A DNA stretch of 59,999 nucleotides, filler included, from Sphacelaria rigidula (lineage: Eukaryota): the NCBI GenBank assembly GCA_964200075.2. It is 10 parts of 10 records of this genome, joined end to end, with 100 filler letters (N's around TTAATTAATTAA, not from the genome) between each part and the next. Parts side by side here need not be neighbours in the genome. Positions count along the whole stretch, not along the records: positions 6,012 to 11,921 come from CAXNAA020023559.1; positions 12,022 to 17,931 come from CAXNAA020023560.1; positions 18,032 to 23,941 come from CAXNAA020023561.1; 7 more parts are not named here. The stretch is one strand, 5' to 3'. The notes below the pieces were generated by a model that had not been told where the DNA came from, did not search any database, and was given only the letters and a program-made list of their open reading frames with translations. The position numbers were made by a program, and so were the translations under genes. Within the stretch, counting starts at the first letter, position 1. Every line of letters starts with the position of its first letter. Shown piece after piece: positions 9,058-21,719 of the stretch.

Positions 9058-12000
9058 CTCTTGGCGGTCAAAGGTGTCAATTCAAACGTCGATTAAATAG
9101 ACACGATGATGTTTGTGTGTAAAAAAAGAGGCGCGGCATAGTACAGGCAGACACAGCACATAAACACAGTTGTGAAAACAAGTACAAGTGAAAAATATCC
9201 AACGTGCGATACAGACAGTTGGATTTTGGATAAACGGCAACCCTCGTTTATCGGTTCCTTGCGCAGCAGTTACCTTTCTTCTACAAGTTCATCTGGCCTC
9301 AAACGAAACCGACGATTATAGAGTCAGGGACACCAAAATACACCACTATGGCACGATCAGCAGCCACTGCCATCACCAGTCAACCCATCATCAACCTGTG
9401 CCACGCGATGTGCTGCGGCACCCAGCGATGGGCGGAGGATGTCTCAACACGTGGGATAGTACTCGTACGTTGCTCTCTATCTCACCAACTGGAAAGACCA
9501 TCGATCAGTCGTCACAGGCCTGCGCACAGGCCTCTCACGGATTCCTTTCCTCATCCAATGCCCGAAACCTACGCGACCCGCCGCCACGGTCGACCTCCGC
9601 AGACCCTTGTGCCCAAGACGGTCCCCGCGGTGGAAAATTCAAATTTCAATCTCTTTGTTCTGCTTCACTTTCGATTTTCGAATTACTCAACCCGTTGATC
9701 ACAAGCAACCCGGCCTCCTACCCTGGGAACTACCCCTTCGATCCCGCGCCAGATATTGATCTCGTCCTACTTGGGCGCTACTTGGTTTCTTGCACACACT
9801 AAATCAGCACCAGCATCATCAGCGGAACATCCCATACGGTGCCTGTACTGTAGTGCAACTGTATCATGGCTCTGTTCGAGGCTTGCCAAGGACCTCCACT
9901 GGCTCCGGTAGATGTGAGTCAAATCAGCACAACAACTCGACGTCACGAGTCCTTACAAGTACCTGTAGCCCGCTGTGTCAATCGTGGCCTGCACCTCTCC
10001 CTCTTCACAGAACTGTTTTCAGAAAGAGATCTCTATCGAAAGTGCAGTATGATACAGACAGTAAAATACCGCACCGCACCGTACCGTACCCCCTGTACTG
10101 TAGAGCAGGGCACAGGTAGCACAGCTCTCGCTGCTTTTGCGTTGCGCTTGGTACTTGCTGAACGGCACATTTTGCTGCACTGTAATACAGTTAGTTGGCT
10201 GTACTGCTTGTTGTGCTGCTCGAATGCTCGTAGCTGAGCACCATTACACTCCTACGTGTCTGTAGTCTCGGTCTTCTGATCTGCTCTGGGCGAGGTGATC
10301 TTGGTTGCAACTGCTCCGCCCATCTTGATGGTATGGGCGTGTCCGCGTGTGTCGGGTTCCTACCCTGGTCGACCGGCGACGGTTAGTGGCAATCTGTAAC
10401 TGCCACCTGAAGATGATGGATGGTTGATTCAACCATTTGCCATCACCATGTGGTAACCGGTCCTTCACTTTTTTGTGTCGCACCATGTCGTCCTCGCGCT
10501 CGCTGTAACCATGGCGTCTCGCTTGCTTGCATTGCACCACTTTCCGGATATCTGCCGGGACCTGTGTTGAAGGTAATATTCGATGTGCCACGTGCTGTCC
10601 GAATGCCGAATCTTTCCGAATATTTGTTGTGTCCAGCACACTCTGCATCGGTGTACATTTTTGCTCAGCGTGCTGTAGAATTCCAGCCTTCACGAGGAAA
10701 TCCACCAACGGTTCCTGTAAAATGTAGGGTATCACCCCGTTGAGGGGAAAATCATTGAAATGGATCATCTCGTGCGTTTGATCGTCAGTTCGTGTCTTGA
10801 CCGTTCGACCGCAAGGGTTGAATCGGCATCATTTTCACGTGAAAGATAAGTGGACTCAAGACCCAAATGACCCACCCTGGCGGTCAAGGGGTTGACCCAG
10901 GTTTTCATAATGATTTTGTGTGAGTGAGTAAATTGGAAAAAAAAAACTAGATGACCAGGAGTGCCCTCCCTCCAAATGCGAGGCCCTATGCCGATTTCTG
11001 GAATCTTAGGTGTTTTCGGGGGGGGTTACTAAATCCCATACATATATAACAATAATAATAATAAGCAAAAAGTACAGGCTGGGCCGCCTAAGACGCGGAC
11101 AGGGATGTGAACACGCGATTTAGCAGCTGAGTTTCAGGTTGTTTTCTATGAAATTTTGACACGATGTACAGGATGTATGTGCCAAGACGCCATCTTTTCC
11201 CCCATATATATTTTATTTTATGTTTTGAAGTTATTCACGATTTTGTTCCGAAAAAATGTTCTGAAATGTTTGGTCGCCGGTAACTCACGGGGAGAAAACA
11301 AAAAATGTAGAGGTTAAAACGTAGCGTCTTCGCACATACATCATGTACATCGTGTCAAAATTTCATTGGAAACGACCTGAAACTCAGCTGTTAAATCGCT
11401 ATTCGTGTCCAAGACTGGTTCCTATGTGGAGATGAACCAGCCACGGAAAATTGAAACGCGGTTATGCTGTTGAATTTCAAGTATTTTTTGACGAAATTCC
11501 GACACGATGCGCATGAGGTATGTTTTGAACTCCCTATTTCTCCCCTTGACATATTTTTTTCTTTCAATGAGTTGTCGACGCTTTTGCACCAGGAAAAATT
11601 GTTCCGAAATTCAGATCACCAATAACATGCAAGGAAAATGAAATAAAAAAGAGGGGGCAAACGGGAGGGGATTCACATATACCCCATGTATAGCGTGTCA
11701 AAATTTCATGGAAAACGACTTCAAATTGAGCAGTGAAATCGCGTTTTTCTGCCGAGAACCGGTTCACTTGCTTTTAGAGTACAAAAACCTTAGCCAGAAC
11801 TTTGACGTTTTCTACAACGGCGACGCCATGGCGCGCTGGAGGTCTCGTCTGCGTGCCATCTCAGACACTGCACGCCTACAGTACGACATGCCTTGTTATA
11901 CAACCACAACTAGTGCAGCACNNNNNNNNNNNNNNNNNNNNNNNNNNNNNNNNNNNNNNNNNNNNTTAATTAATTAANNNNNNNNNNNNNNNNNNNNNNN

Positions 12001-12749
12001 NNNNNNNNNNNNNNNNNNNNNACAACCACTCTTCCTTTTTGCCTCGGCCGCCCCCCCGCCCTCTTCTTTTTTTTCATCCCCATGCCCCCCCCCCCCCCCC
12101 CCCCCCAGTTATAAAGGTTCAAATGTTGGACATGTTTTCTGTAGGAGTAGGCACAGGCACAGTGCCCCGTCTCGAACGCGATGTGCGGTCAATGATCAAA
12201 TTACTACGGCAAGCAACAAACGAGTATTCCCCCCCCCCCCAACAGACTTGTCCGGAGAGAACCCGGCATGCTCCGTCCCGGCTTTGCAGGGGCGAACCCC
12301 CGATGGGGTTGGCATCCGTTGGCGATGACGCTGCAAAATACGCCACTCACTGCGTAAGCTAGGCAACCAGGTTACCGATTTTTTTAGCGCGCTCGCGTTT
12401 TTCTGCGGTAACCATGATGATAGTCGAGCTAGATCATGTTGTGCGGCGTGGTAGAACCTCCACTCCGCACAATGGGGGTGGTCGTACTACGTAGTGTTCG
12501 AATGGTGAGACACCCACGAGGCAGTGTATAAGTCGTGGCTATCTCTGGAAGTGGCGGTACCAGAAAATGAAGCAACTCATTGTAGGCTGTCATCCTAATG
12601 CAAGATAATCAGTACGCTTCGGGATGAACAATCTTGGCGGGATGCGGTGTTGTCAAATCGATGCGCAGAGATCGGATTTTTTTGGTGTCTGAGCCCGTTT
12701 CTTGAGGGCATTTTTTTTTCTCTGTCGGACAGATTTTTTTTTCAGATTC

Positions 12750-13163
12750 GGGACATTTAATCAAGATTTTGTCCCTCAAACAGGGAATATCGCCGTCACC
12801 AATCTCAGACACTTTTGCATCACCCCACTGAGAGGAGTCATAGCCCACTCTTCCGATTCGCTCGGTTCCGAGGTTTCGACAATGGCCTCTGAATAAAAGA
12901 ATCATCTGGACATGAAACACTAAACAATACGGTGTCCGTAGAAATCTGTCGATATATATATATATATATATTCCCCACATCGTGCTCACATTTTCTCGTA
13001 TCCAGGTGGAATTTTGTTCCGAAGCCATTGCCAAAACTTCGGAGCCAAGCGAATCGGAAGAGTGGGCTAGACAGACGCCTCTCAGTGAGGTGATACAAAA
13101 GTGTCTAAGATTGGTGACGGCGATATTCCCTGTTTGGGGGCCAAATATCATGTCAAATGACCC
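12750..13163. mobile_element. Foldback/long-TIR MITE with ~150-bp inverted arms; diverged copy ~38825-39165
   Basis: CAAACAGGGAATATCGCCGTCACCAATCT.AGACACTTTTG.ATCACC.CACTGAGAGG...TAGCCCACTCTTCCGATTCGCT is inverted at 13035-13140. Confidence 0.85.
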
Positions 13164-14590
13164 AACACTTTAAATTCCAACGAGAAACGTGAGAAACAAC
13201 AACCGTAAGATACGGTCCATGCATGAATAAGTCACAATTGGCCTTCATTCACAACCTTTTATTTTTCGAAAATTACCGTCTCGGGCGATGAAGCAGCGTT
13301 GAAAATCGCACGGAAAAAATTATTCGATACGATTTTTGAAAACATCGACGAGAAAAGTCGATAGCGATATCTTTTTTCAATAGTCGGAAAATGACGCGAT
13401 ACGTATCGGGTATCGAGTGTCGATACGATACCGCTAATTTGGTAGGGGTGCAGCTTGCAAGACCCAACGGTACCACACTGGCACACTACTACCAATCATT
13501 ATTATTAATATGATTAATATGATTAATATGATTAATATCATTATGACTACTGTGATCATATTATTATGATTATGATTATGATTATATTCTCATTTCCGCG
13601 CGTTAGTCCGATCTCTCGAACCCGTGGTCACAGACGTATGCTCGTCTTTCCAATACCGTCTCTGCTATTCCTTCCAAGACATAGAATCCTCCATCTTTTC
13701 TTTTCGAGACACCAGCCTAACTACAAGAACAAACACAATGAACTAAAATATCACAAAATATGAAAATAATAAGAAAAGAGACACCAAGAAAAACATCACA
13801 AGTAGCTTCCCCGAGTTCAACGGGGTGAAAAACTACTATCGCAACCTGAGCCGAAGTGGATGCAAGCCTGATTTTGTATGAAGGTACAGCAGCACAAGTG
13901 TGTGATTCGTTATTTGACTTCAAGAAGAGAAGCGGCGGCACAACACGGGGCGTGATGCTCATGTACATGTCTAAAAACAAGTTCCGTCATCGTGCGAGAG
14001 GCAAGGGGCAAAAAAATAAGTTGATCACAACGACAGGTGTGCCGCGTGATGCACAGTGTGTTGTTCAAGCCGCTGATATATCAAGTATATTGTGCGAGGC
14101 CCCTATTCTGTCATGTTTCGATCGAAACAGAGCATTTTACTCGACTCTGCGCTCCGCGCACTGCGAACACATTCATTATTCAACAACAAACGCGCCAAAC
14201 CTCAAAACTGCGCGAACGAATGCAAACACTCGCTCGCTTATTTCTGTTCTCCACACTAAACAAGGAAAAACGTCGGCAGCACACGTCCAACTTTTATATT
14301 GTTGGCTGCCCAACAAAGTATAAACTCCAGATGCCTAAACGCCAGCAACCAAGAGAATTCAAGAGCTTGCAAAAAACAAATGGATATGATGGGATAAAGG
14401 AAACGACCGTCTACCTCCACACGCGAAACACTTACGCCGACTTGAAGCATTTACAAGGCATCCGCGGTACTCTTTCGCCTCCTTTCCGATTTCTGCACAC
14501 ACGAGACACCGCAAAACTACCAACTGCAACGTGCAAACACTTGCGGGAACGCCGGACACAGAAACAGGTTGGCTCCACTGCTGTGATCGC

Positions 14591-15180
14591 TCATGAACGC
14601 ATATTTCCTGTGGCCCTCCGGTTCGAGTCGCCCATTCGCCACCCGACTCCGTGGCACCCGCGAAGAAACACCAGGCCGTTGACCGCTTCGGCACCCAACT
14701 CGTTGCGTTTTTTCAGGACGAAGTCGGCGGCGGCCGAGAACACACTCTCCCAACTTCCCGACGAGGCGAGGACGGCGTGGTAGATGCACGGTACCTTGTA
14801 GAGGACGGGAAACACACCAGCCGTTTCTCAAACCACCAGTTGAGCACTGTCTGCGAAGAGTCCTTCGCATCCAGGACCTCGGCCTGCAGGTATCGCTCCA
14901 GTTCGTACCCCGCTGCCCTCTTGCGCTCCGCCAGGATCGCCTCCGGCGACTGCGGGGCGAGATCTGGGGTGTCGTCTTCGGCGGTCACGGCGGCCACGGC
15001 CAGCAGCTTCGCGAAGAGGAGCGAAGCCTTTTCGACGGGCTGCTTCCTGCGGAGATCCTCTTGGACGGGCGGGAGTGACATCCGTGCACCTACTACGTGC
15101 TTGAGCTGTGCGCCCTCAAGATCCTCAACCAGCCGAACGTCAAGCCCACCTTCGCGAAGCACGACAAGCTCGCTACCCAC
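14591..15180 (-). pseudogene. hAT transposase C-terminal dimerisation domain, frameshifted
   Basis: ELERYLQAEVLDAKDSSQTVLNWWFEKR..FP then, in another frame, LYKVPCIYHAVLASSGSWESVFSAAADFVLKKRNELGAEAVNGLVFLR. This matches the hATC pattern ELxxYL..WW..FPxL..LA..S..ERxFS....RxxL....LxFL. Confidence 0.88.
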
Positions 15181-16489
15181 CTACACTCGTTCACGTCGTC
15201 GTCGTTGTCGGAGAAGATTTTACTGAATTCAACGGGTGCGTGACAACTCGTTGTCACGTACTCGGTGAACTCAGTGAATCTTCTCCGACGACGACGACGA
15301 CGACGTGGACGAGTGTGTTGGAATAACTCGTGTTCGTAGCACGGCCATGTTGTTGAGGCGAGCACGTCGTCGGCAACAACTCGAACCAAGTTCTCGAGAG
15401 AGAGAGAGAGAGAGGGTGCGTCGAGAACTTTGAATGGCTGCTGGTCCAGAACGACGAGCTCCGCCAACGCCCCAAGGAGAGCTATCTGAGTTAAAGTACT
15501 GGGCCTGGAAATCGGTACAAAAAAGTATGAGCAAGCAAAATCACATGTATCAATAAGTAGTCAATTAGAGGGGGGGTTCCGAGGGAGGGTGAAATATGAA
15601 GTGCACGAAGCAAGGATAATCTTGCCCAGGATGTTTGTGTCACCCTCTCTTCGTACAGAACAACATTTGCGCACCGTGGAAAAAGAAAAAGAACTAGGGC
15701 GCTTGTCGTTGCATGCCTCAAAGTTCGTTACACGTCACAAAATAACGTTACACGTCACTAAAAAACGTTACACCTGGAGCGCTGTTCATGATCAAGGCGA
15801 ATCAAATTAAGCGTCGGGACCGGGTAGTACTACGGTGGGGACTCCTAGCCTGGCATAACTTGTGACGTGTAACGATAAGTGCTCTGAAAAAAACGAATAC
15901 TGAACATAGCGCCTGGGACCGCTCTCACTCGGTCGACGACGGCCATCGGCGCCCATTTCAAAACAATTCACAAAGAAAGTATCCAACAAAGAGGCATCAA
16001 AAACCCAAAAATAATATAATCATAAAAAAACATGGATGCGTTATCTACTGTGTACATGTGCCGATGTACCGTACCACACGCACAACAAGAAATATGAACA
16101 AAACTCTTCTGCTCGGCGCGTTTATTTCTTTCGTTTTGGTGAAGTTGCAAAAAAAAAAAAAAATCCAAGATACTGCTGCTTCGTTCGTGGCCGTGTGAAA
16201 ATCTCCGTGCATTTGACATTTTGTGTTTCGTGTCTCGTCTGTAGTACAGAGCTTTTTCCCTGTTCTCCTCCCATTTCCGTTCCGGGTCGCAGCTCGCGCT
16301 TGCCTCTCTTGTCTCGGACTCTCCACTCATCGGCACAACGAACAACGACAACACCCCCCAGAATTTTCAAAATAAAATAACTTGGATTCAGAGAGGGCAC
16401 GGCCGTAGCCTTTTCACCATTGAATTAGAAACAAAAAAAAATCAACATTTCCGATAGGAACAGCCTTGCTTGTAACGCCTCAAAACGCA

Positions 16490-16927
16490 CACTTACTCAA
16501 ACTTGAGTTGCGCTCCGTTCGAGGAGCTCTCCTGCTTCTGCAGTTCAGACTTGTGCAGCTGCTGCTCGTCGAAGATATCCTTGCGGTGCCTCCTGTGTGA
16601 ACTTCGAGGGTTGGTGCTGTTCTCGTGGCAAGGCACGATGATCCCGCTGCTGGCGACCGGGCAGAGAGCTCACTTTTTGTCGACCGAGCGTCTCCGGTTC
16701 GCGTGCTTAAACACGTAGGCTTTCAGGAAAGGATTGTGCGGCAAGTCTGCAGGGTTTACTAGCTCCGCGGGTACTTCTTGTCCATTATTTTCACTATGAG
16801 ATGGGGACACGGGGGCGGCCGCTGGTGCAGCAGCAGCCGCCGTAGCAGACACAGACGGTTCGGCTTCAACGTCGACCGCAGAGTCTGGGCTAACGCCGGC
16901 GACAAAGCCGGAAGGCTGAAGACTCAT
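16490..16927 (-). pseudogene. Probable N-terminal exon of the hAT transposase (BED-finger-like region, internal stop)
   Basis: ATG at 16927 (MSLQPSGF...KAYVFKH...), about 270 nt inside the 5' TIR. After a stop it continues ALC...PC...STN..SH...H, a degenerate Cys/His pattern. Confidence 0.45.
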
Positions 16928-18225
16928 TTTGAAGACCGGTGTGGTTCGGACCAAGTGGGTGCGCAGCGCGCAGACGCTGTGTATGTGAGACGCTGTGTAT
17001 GTGGTTTGTGTGGTGTGTGGTGGTGTGTGGTAGGGTGGTGGGCGGAAGCATGCGAGATGCGAGAGAAAGGGGGACGATATGCTGCAAACCACCCCCCGAG
17101 TATAAACGATATCGAATACCGATATCGATACGCCGGATCGACGATATTTATCGAAATCTCGTCGAATCTCGATACAGTAACTGGTCTTCAACACTGCTAT
17201 GAAGACGTGATTTTATTCGTGTCAATCGACCTCATGCCATACTCCATATGAGCCGAAAGGGAACTGACTGTACTCAACTCCCTATTTTGTAACGTCCATG
17301 CTTCCTCCATAGGGAGGGCGTTTGCCTGCGATCTGCAAGGAGTCACGGGGGGCGTGGCGGGTATTTTTGCCCATCTCGAGTTAGGTGTTGAAGCAGTACT
17401 TGACGCCCTCACCGCTAGAGCCGAAGCTCATGAGAGTAGGGCGATGTGTGCACTGCGCCTACTTGACAGGGGTTTCGAGTGGGTTCAACTCCCACACTCG
17501 TTACTTTCCTCTTCTTTTCTTTTTTTTTCTTCTCATTTTAGGTCGGCCATTTCTTTCTGTGCTTTGCTTGTGTTAACTTTTTTTTTTTTCGAATTACCCT
17601 GCTATGTCGTTCTGTTCGACTTTTTTGCTTTGTTTGTTCCTCCTTTTTTTTCAGGGTACGCCTATCACGAGACCACGGCTGGACCCCTGGGGCGTCAGTT
17701 AAAGTGCGACAATCAGTCAATTCATCAAATCAAAAATACCTTGAGCAAAGCTTTCCCAACGCTCGAGGCGCCCATCCCATATGATCGCTACACACGGCGG
17801 TCTAGGCGAGCCTCCGGGTAATCGGAACACGAACCCGTTCGCGGGGTAATAACGGTTGGGCGAGGTTTCCTCCTTCCTTCAAGGAAAAACGGGAAAAAAA
17901 AAACAGTAGATCTGAGGAAATGTACGTAAAGNNNNNNNNNNNNNNNNNNNNNNNNNNNNNNNNNNNNNNNNNNNNTTAATTAATTAANNNNNNNNNNNNN
18001 NNNNNNNNNNNNNNNNNNNNNNNNNNNNNNNCTGCGGCGCCCACATATCCCGAAAGGGGTAGACTGGTGCCCAGAATAAATGGGACGACAACACACACAC
18101 AACACACACACACACACACAATTATATTTCAAGCGAAAAATGGCGTGGGTTTGTTCAACGCATGATGTACCCCGCCGGCCGAGAGGAGTGAGAAAAAGAA
18201 AGTTAAAAGAAACTGCTGCTACGTA

Positions 18226-18227
<2 letters not shown>

Positions 18228-18291
<64 letters not shown>

Positions 18292-18420
18292 TATTACTAT
18301 TATTATTATTATTTCCGTACATTCGTCCAATCTCTCAGACCCGTGGTCACAGATGCAGGCTCGCCTTTCCAGTACCGTCACTCTTTTTTCCTTACATCTA
18401 ACGCCTCCATGTATTTTTCT
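18228..18420 (-). mobile_element. LINE/SINE-type 3' end with (AAT)n tail; second copy ~13500-13690
   Basis: (ATT)n adjoins TTTCCG..C.TT.GTCC.ATCTCTC..ACCCGTGGTCACAGA...GCTCG.CTTTCCA.TACCGTC in both places. Confidence 0.65.
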
Positions 18421-18528
18421 CGTGCCCTCTTCTTCACGTTGAATCGCAACAATTTGTGCTGAGAGTAAAACGCCGAGTGCCGAGTGCCGAGTGCCGAAAA
18501 CGCAACAGCTGCAGCACACCGCGGACCA

Positions 18529-18775
18529 ATGCTACGGTAGGGGTGCACTTTTTTCGCGAAATTATGTCTAGTTCAGGGGCTCCTAACGATTCTAGATGAA
18601 TACAAAAACGGGTGAGGGCATCGCCGTTTGCAAATTTATCCGGGATATCCCCAGCACACTGGAGAAGTAATCCTGGCGTACTTTCGCATATTTTCATAGG
18701 TAATGTTTTGCATGAGAAAAAGGGCTCCTAACAATTCTAAACTCAGAAAATATTTGTGCACCCCTACCGTAGCAT
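18529..18775. mobile_element. ~250-bp MITE with perfect 20-bp inverted ends
   Basis: ATGCTACGGTAGGGGTGCAC (18529-18548) / GTGCACCCCTACCGTAGCAT (18756-18775). Can be read as TA|CGGTAGGGG...CCCCTACCG|TA, i.e. Tc1/mariner-type with a TA TSD. Confidence 0.85.
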
Positions 18776-19426
18776 CACTCCGCGTTAAACAGCGTTCTTG
18801 TAAGATTGAGAGTAGAGCGCGGTTTGAGAGTTGGTTTGATCAGTCGCTTTTGACTTAGCCAATTTTTCATTCCGTATATGCTCTTTTTTGCATTCGTCAC
18901 TGCCGTGTGCTTACCCCTATACGTCGGTATCCTACTCAGGGATATCAAGCGCCTCTGTGGCGAGCTACTACAGGAAGAATATCGGGCCTCGTGGAGGGGC
19001 ATTTCGGAACTGAAACGATTCAGTCACTGATTGACCGCTTTTCACTCTCTACTCTCAATCTCACAAAAACTGTGTTGTTGATATATTATGGTCAGTTACA
19101 ACGATATCTTCCGGGGAAGCTGCACAATATCATGGTAGGATATTTCGTGGGAAGTTTCCACGGGGAGTTTCTCATGTGGCAGAGTATTCCGCAGGGTATT
19201 CATGTGACCTTCGGGTGATTGGCCCAAGGTTCGGTTCCAGTCATTGTTGACGAGAATTATCAACCCCCAATCGGGTTACTTCTTTTGTTCTCTAGCTTCA
19301 TGCCAACACTCCTGGGCCATGGGCCCCAGCTATAATGAGAGATGACTTTTGCCGAGATAACCATCGGTTGTCTGACACACCGCACAACACATTGAGCACC
19401 AATGGAACATGACACGTTCGCTTCAC

Positions 19427-19553
19427 CTGTAGGTTACCCTCAGGGATGAGCTTGCGATCTCCGATGGACTCCGAGTCGAAAACCGCCAGGGCCAGCATGA
19501 AGTACACCACAAACGTCACCGTGAGCACGGTGATGAAGTTTCCCACATAGTAC
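19427..19553 (-). CDS. FKS1: 1,3-beta-glucan (callose) synthase, GT48/FKS1-GSL family, exon C (transmembrane segment)
   Basis: acag|G TAC... completes the Gly split from exon B. Encodes YYVGNFITVLTVTFVVYFMLALAVFDSESIGDRKLIPEGNLQ|gtgaag. Symbol is family-level only. Confidence 0.88.
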
Positions 19554-20083
19554 CTGTCATAACAAAATCATATCATCACGAGGCAACACGTTGACGGGGA
19601 AATCGTCAGTGATGGCAGCAACTTACTTGCCGCCCTCATATAATAGCTCAGATGGCTCGCAGTGGAACCCCGACTTTTCTTTCTCCTTTTTCCATTTTAC
19701 AATCGTTCAAAAGGAATATAACCGCCGCGCCCCTGGGTGGTTGAACTGGTACGCTGACGGTCATCTCGCAGGGATTTTGTAGGTCCGAACCCCGACAAGT
19801 ATGGCTATCCTGCAGTGGTGTGTGTTTACACTCAGAAACTGTTTTTTGCCGTTGGAAGCGTGAAGGTGTGGGTAGCAAATAAACAGGTCGATCAATGTGG
19901 ACCGACTGCCGGAGTGCTCATCCAGCGAATGACATACCGACGGAGATATGTGTTGAACTCTCGATACTATGGGCTGGTCTCGAGGATAGGGCTGGTGGGG
20001 ATTGGGGGCGGATGAAATTATCGAAAGGATGACAAATTGAAGTGACCAGCCAAGCGCTCTTGCAAAAACGGAATGGGTATGAG

Positions 20084-20452
20084 AGTGTGTGTGTGTTGTT
20101 GTGTTGTCATCCCATCTATTCTGGACGCCGGTCTACACCTTTCGGTACATGTGGGCGCACCAGCCGGGGTCACACAGGATGAAGGTCAACATGCGAGTTT
20201 TTTCTGTTTCATTTGTTTTTAGTGCCTTACCTTCCTCCTGCGGTGCTCGCCTTTATTTTTTATCGCGAGAGGGGTACAGCAGTCCCTTTCCCTCGTCGAC
20301 CGTTAAGTCGAATTTTGTGTACCGATGACATGGTCGCCCTCCACTGTTGGGTATGGTGTGAGAAAAAATCCCAGATCCCTCCGAGATTTGAACCCACGAC
20401 CCAACCGTCAGAGGGTTTCGAGGTTACCAACTGAGCCACCGGGGCGACCGGC
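20084..20452 (-). mobile_element. tRNA-derived SINE with (CA)n-type tail; 3' end of another copy at 18032-18120 (+)
   Basis: Head GGTCGCCCCGGTGGCTCAGTTGGTAACC (Pol III A box) ...GGGTTCAAATCTC (B box). Body ends ..CCAGAATAGATGGGATGACAACAC plus a CA-rich tail. Confidence 0.85.
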
Positions 20453-21414
20453 TGATACGAGTAGAACACCAATATTTGGAAACCCCTGCCACCCGTAGGA
20501 TCAGATGCTGACCAACTTCAACTAACTGATCAAAAAGCATAGGGGGGGAGTAAGAAAGTACACGCAGTACAACTACGACAACAACAACGACAACGACAGC
20601 AACGGCAATCATATCAACAACAACAACAACAATATCGACATCAACACCAGCAGAAACGTCAGATTCGAGCACTCGACAAAAACAAAACAAAGTACAGGTG
20701 GGAGAATGAAAAGTCTACTCGAACATTTGAACATTTCACTACACAACTGATTCCACAGCAAAATATTTGTTGCAGATGTGTGCCGAGAATTTTGCAAACA
20801 CCAGCGAGCACCACGAATGCCGTACAGGGGAATTAGACGCAACGCCGACTCTTGACCGACACACGTCAGTACTGTTTTCGAAAGTGAACATCACCGCGGG
20901 CAAAGTATCTTCCATGTCTTTTGTAGTACCATCTGCAAAACACGCGAAGTACTGTAGAGTAGTTGCGAAAGTATAAGTCTGGGTGACCGTAGTCATGCAG
21001 TAGCGCCCCTCTCATAAGAAACGAGGGTGCAAAAAGTCGAGCTGAGCTACCCCCCCCAAAAAAGTGTCCAGTATCGGCGACGACCGCTACAATCAAGCCC
21101 AACATGGTAGGCTCAAAATCAACCGATACATCGGGTAATATTCTCAGGCTGAGTCTAATTTTCATTTCATCATGAGCGGGCCGCTACCGCAGTAATAATA
21201 TCGCAGGTAATATAGATAGCAACAGCAAGAGAGATCTCGATATTGATTGCAGTATGGATTACACGTGCTCGACTCATTCGAAACGCATGGAATATGCATA
21301 AGCGTTGTTATTAAATCACCATCATTGTATCGAATATGTTCTATATTCCGATGTTCGTAAAAGCCGGGCCAGTGGGCGATCGCCCCTGTGTATCTAGCCG
21401 AGGACGTAGGGTGT

Positions 21415-21719
21415 GACATTTTCTACGATACCCCCCCCCCGGCCCCCCCACCGGGGACGCACCCAAACGAAGGAAGAAAAGAGTTACCCCCCCCCCCCCC
21501 CAATGGTCAAAAGACAAAGGCAAGCAAAAAATGGTCCCCCCCCCCCCCCCAAAAAAAAAACAGCCCAAGAATGTCGTGAAAAAAATTGTCATGAAGCGCC
21601 TGATGTTTGGGTTCAGGCTGCATGAAGCGCCTCATATGGGCGATATTGGCGAGAACGAACCAAAGCGTGGGAGGTACCTTTTTATCCGGGGGGCGGGGGG
21701 AGCTATCGTAGAAAGTGTC
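21415..21719. mobile_element. MITE with GACA(C/T)TTTCTACGATA termini and 4-bp TSD (GTGT), intronic
   Basis: GTGT|GACATTTTCTACGATA ... TATCGTAGAAAGTGTC|GTGT; same family as 45044-45312. Confidence 0.88.

Larger units (their letters stand above)
13294..17196 (-). mobile_element. Decayed full-length hAT DNA transposon (~3.9 kb)
   Basis: TIRs CAGCGTTGAAAATC (13294) and CAGTGTTGAAGACC (minus strand from 17196). 8-bp TSD CGATGAAG / CTATGAAG. CGATA-rich subterminal motifs at both ends. Transposase remnants inside. Confidence 0.88.

Noticed and set aside
20375..20452. tRNA gene (also 36062-36130)
   Set aside because: A and B boxes are present but no convincing cloverleaf or acceptor stem; the sequence continues into a SINE body and CA-rich tail.
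20971..21000. Intronic LHDYGHPDLY resembling the glucan synthase motif RLHYGHPD
   Set aside because: It lies downstream of where that motif belongs, has an extra residue, and has no flanking similarity or clear splice sites; likely chance.
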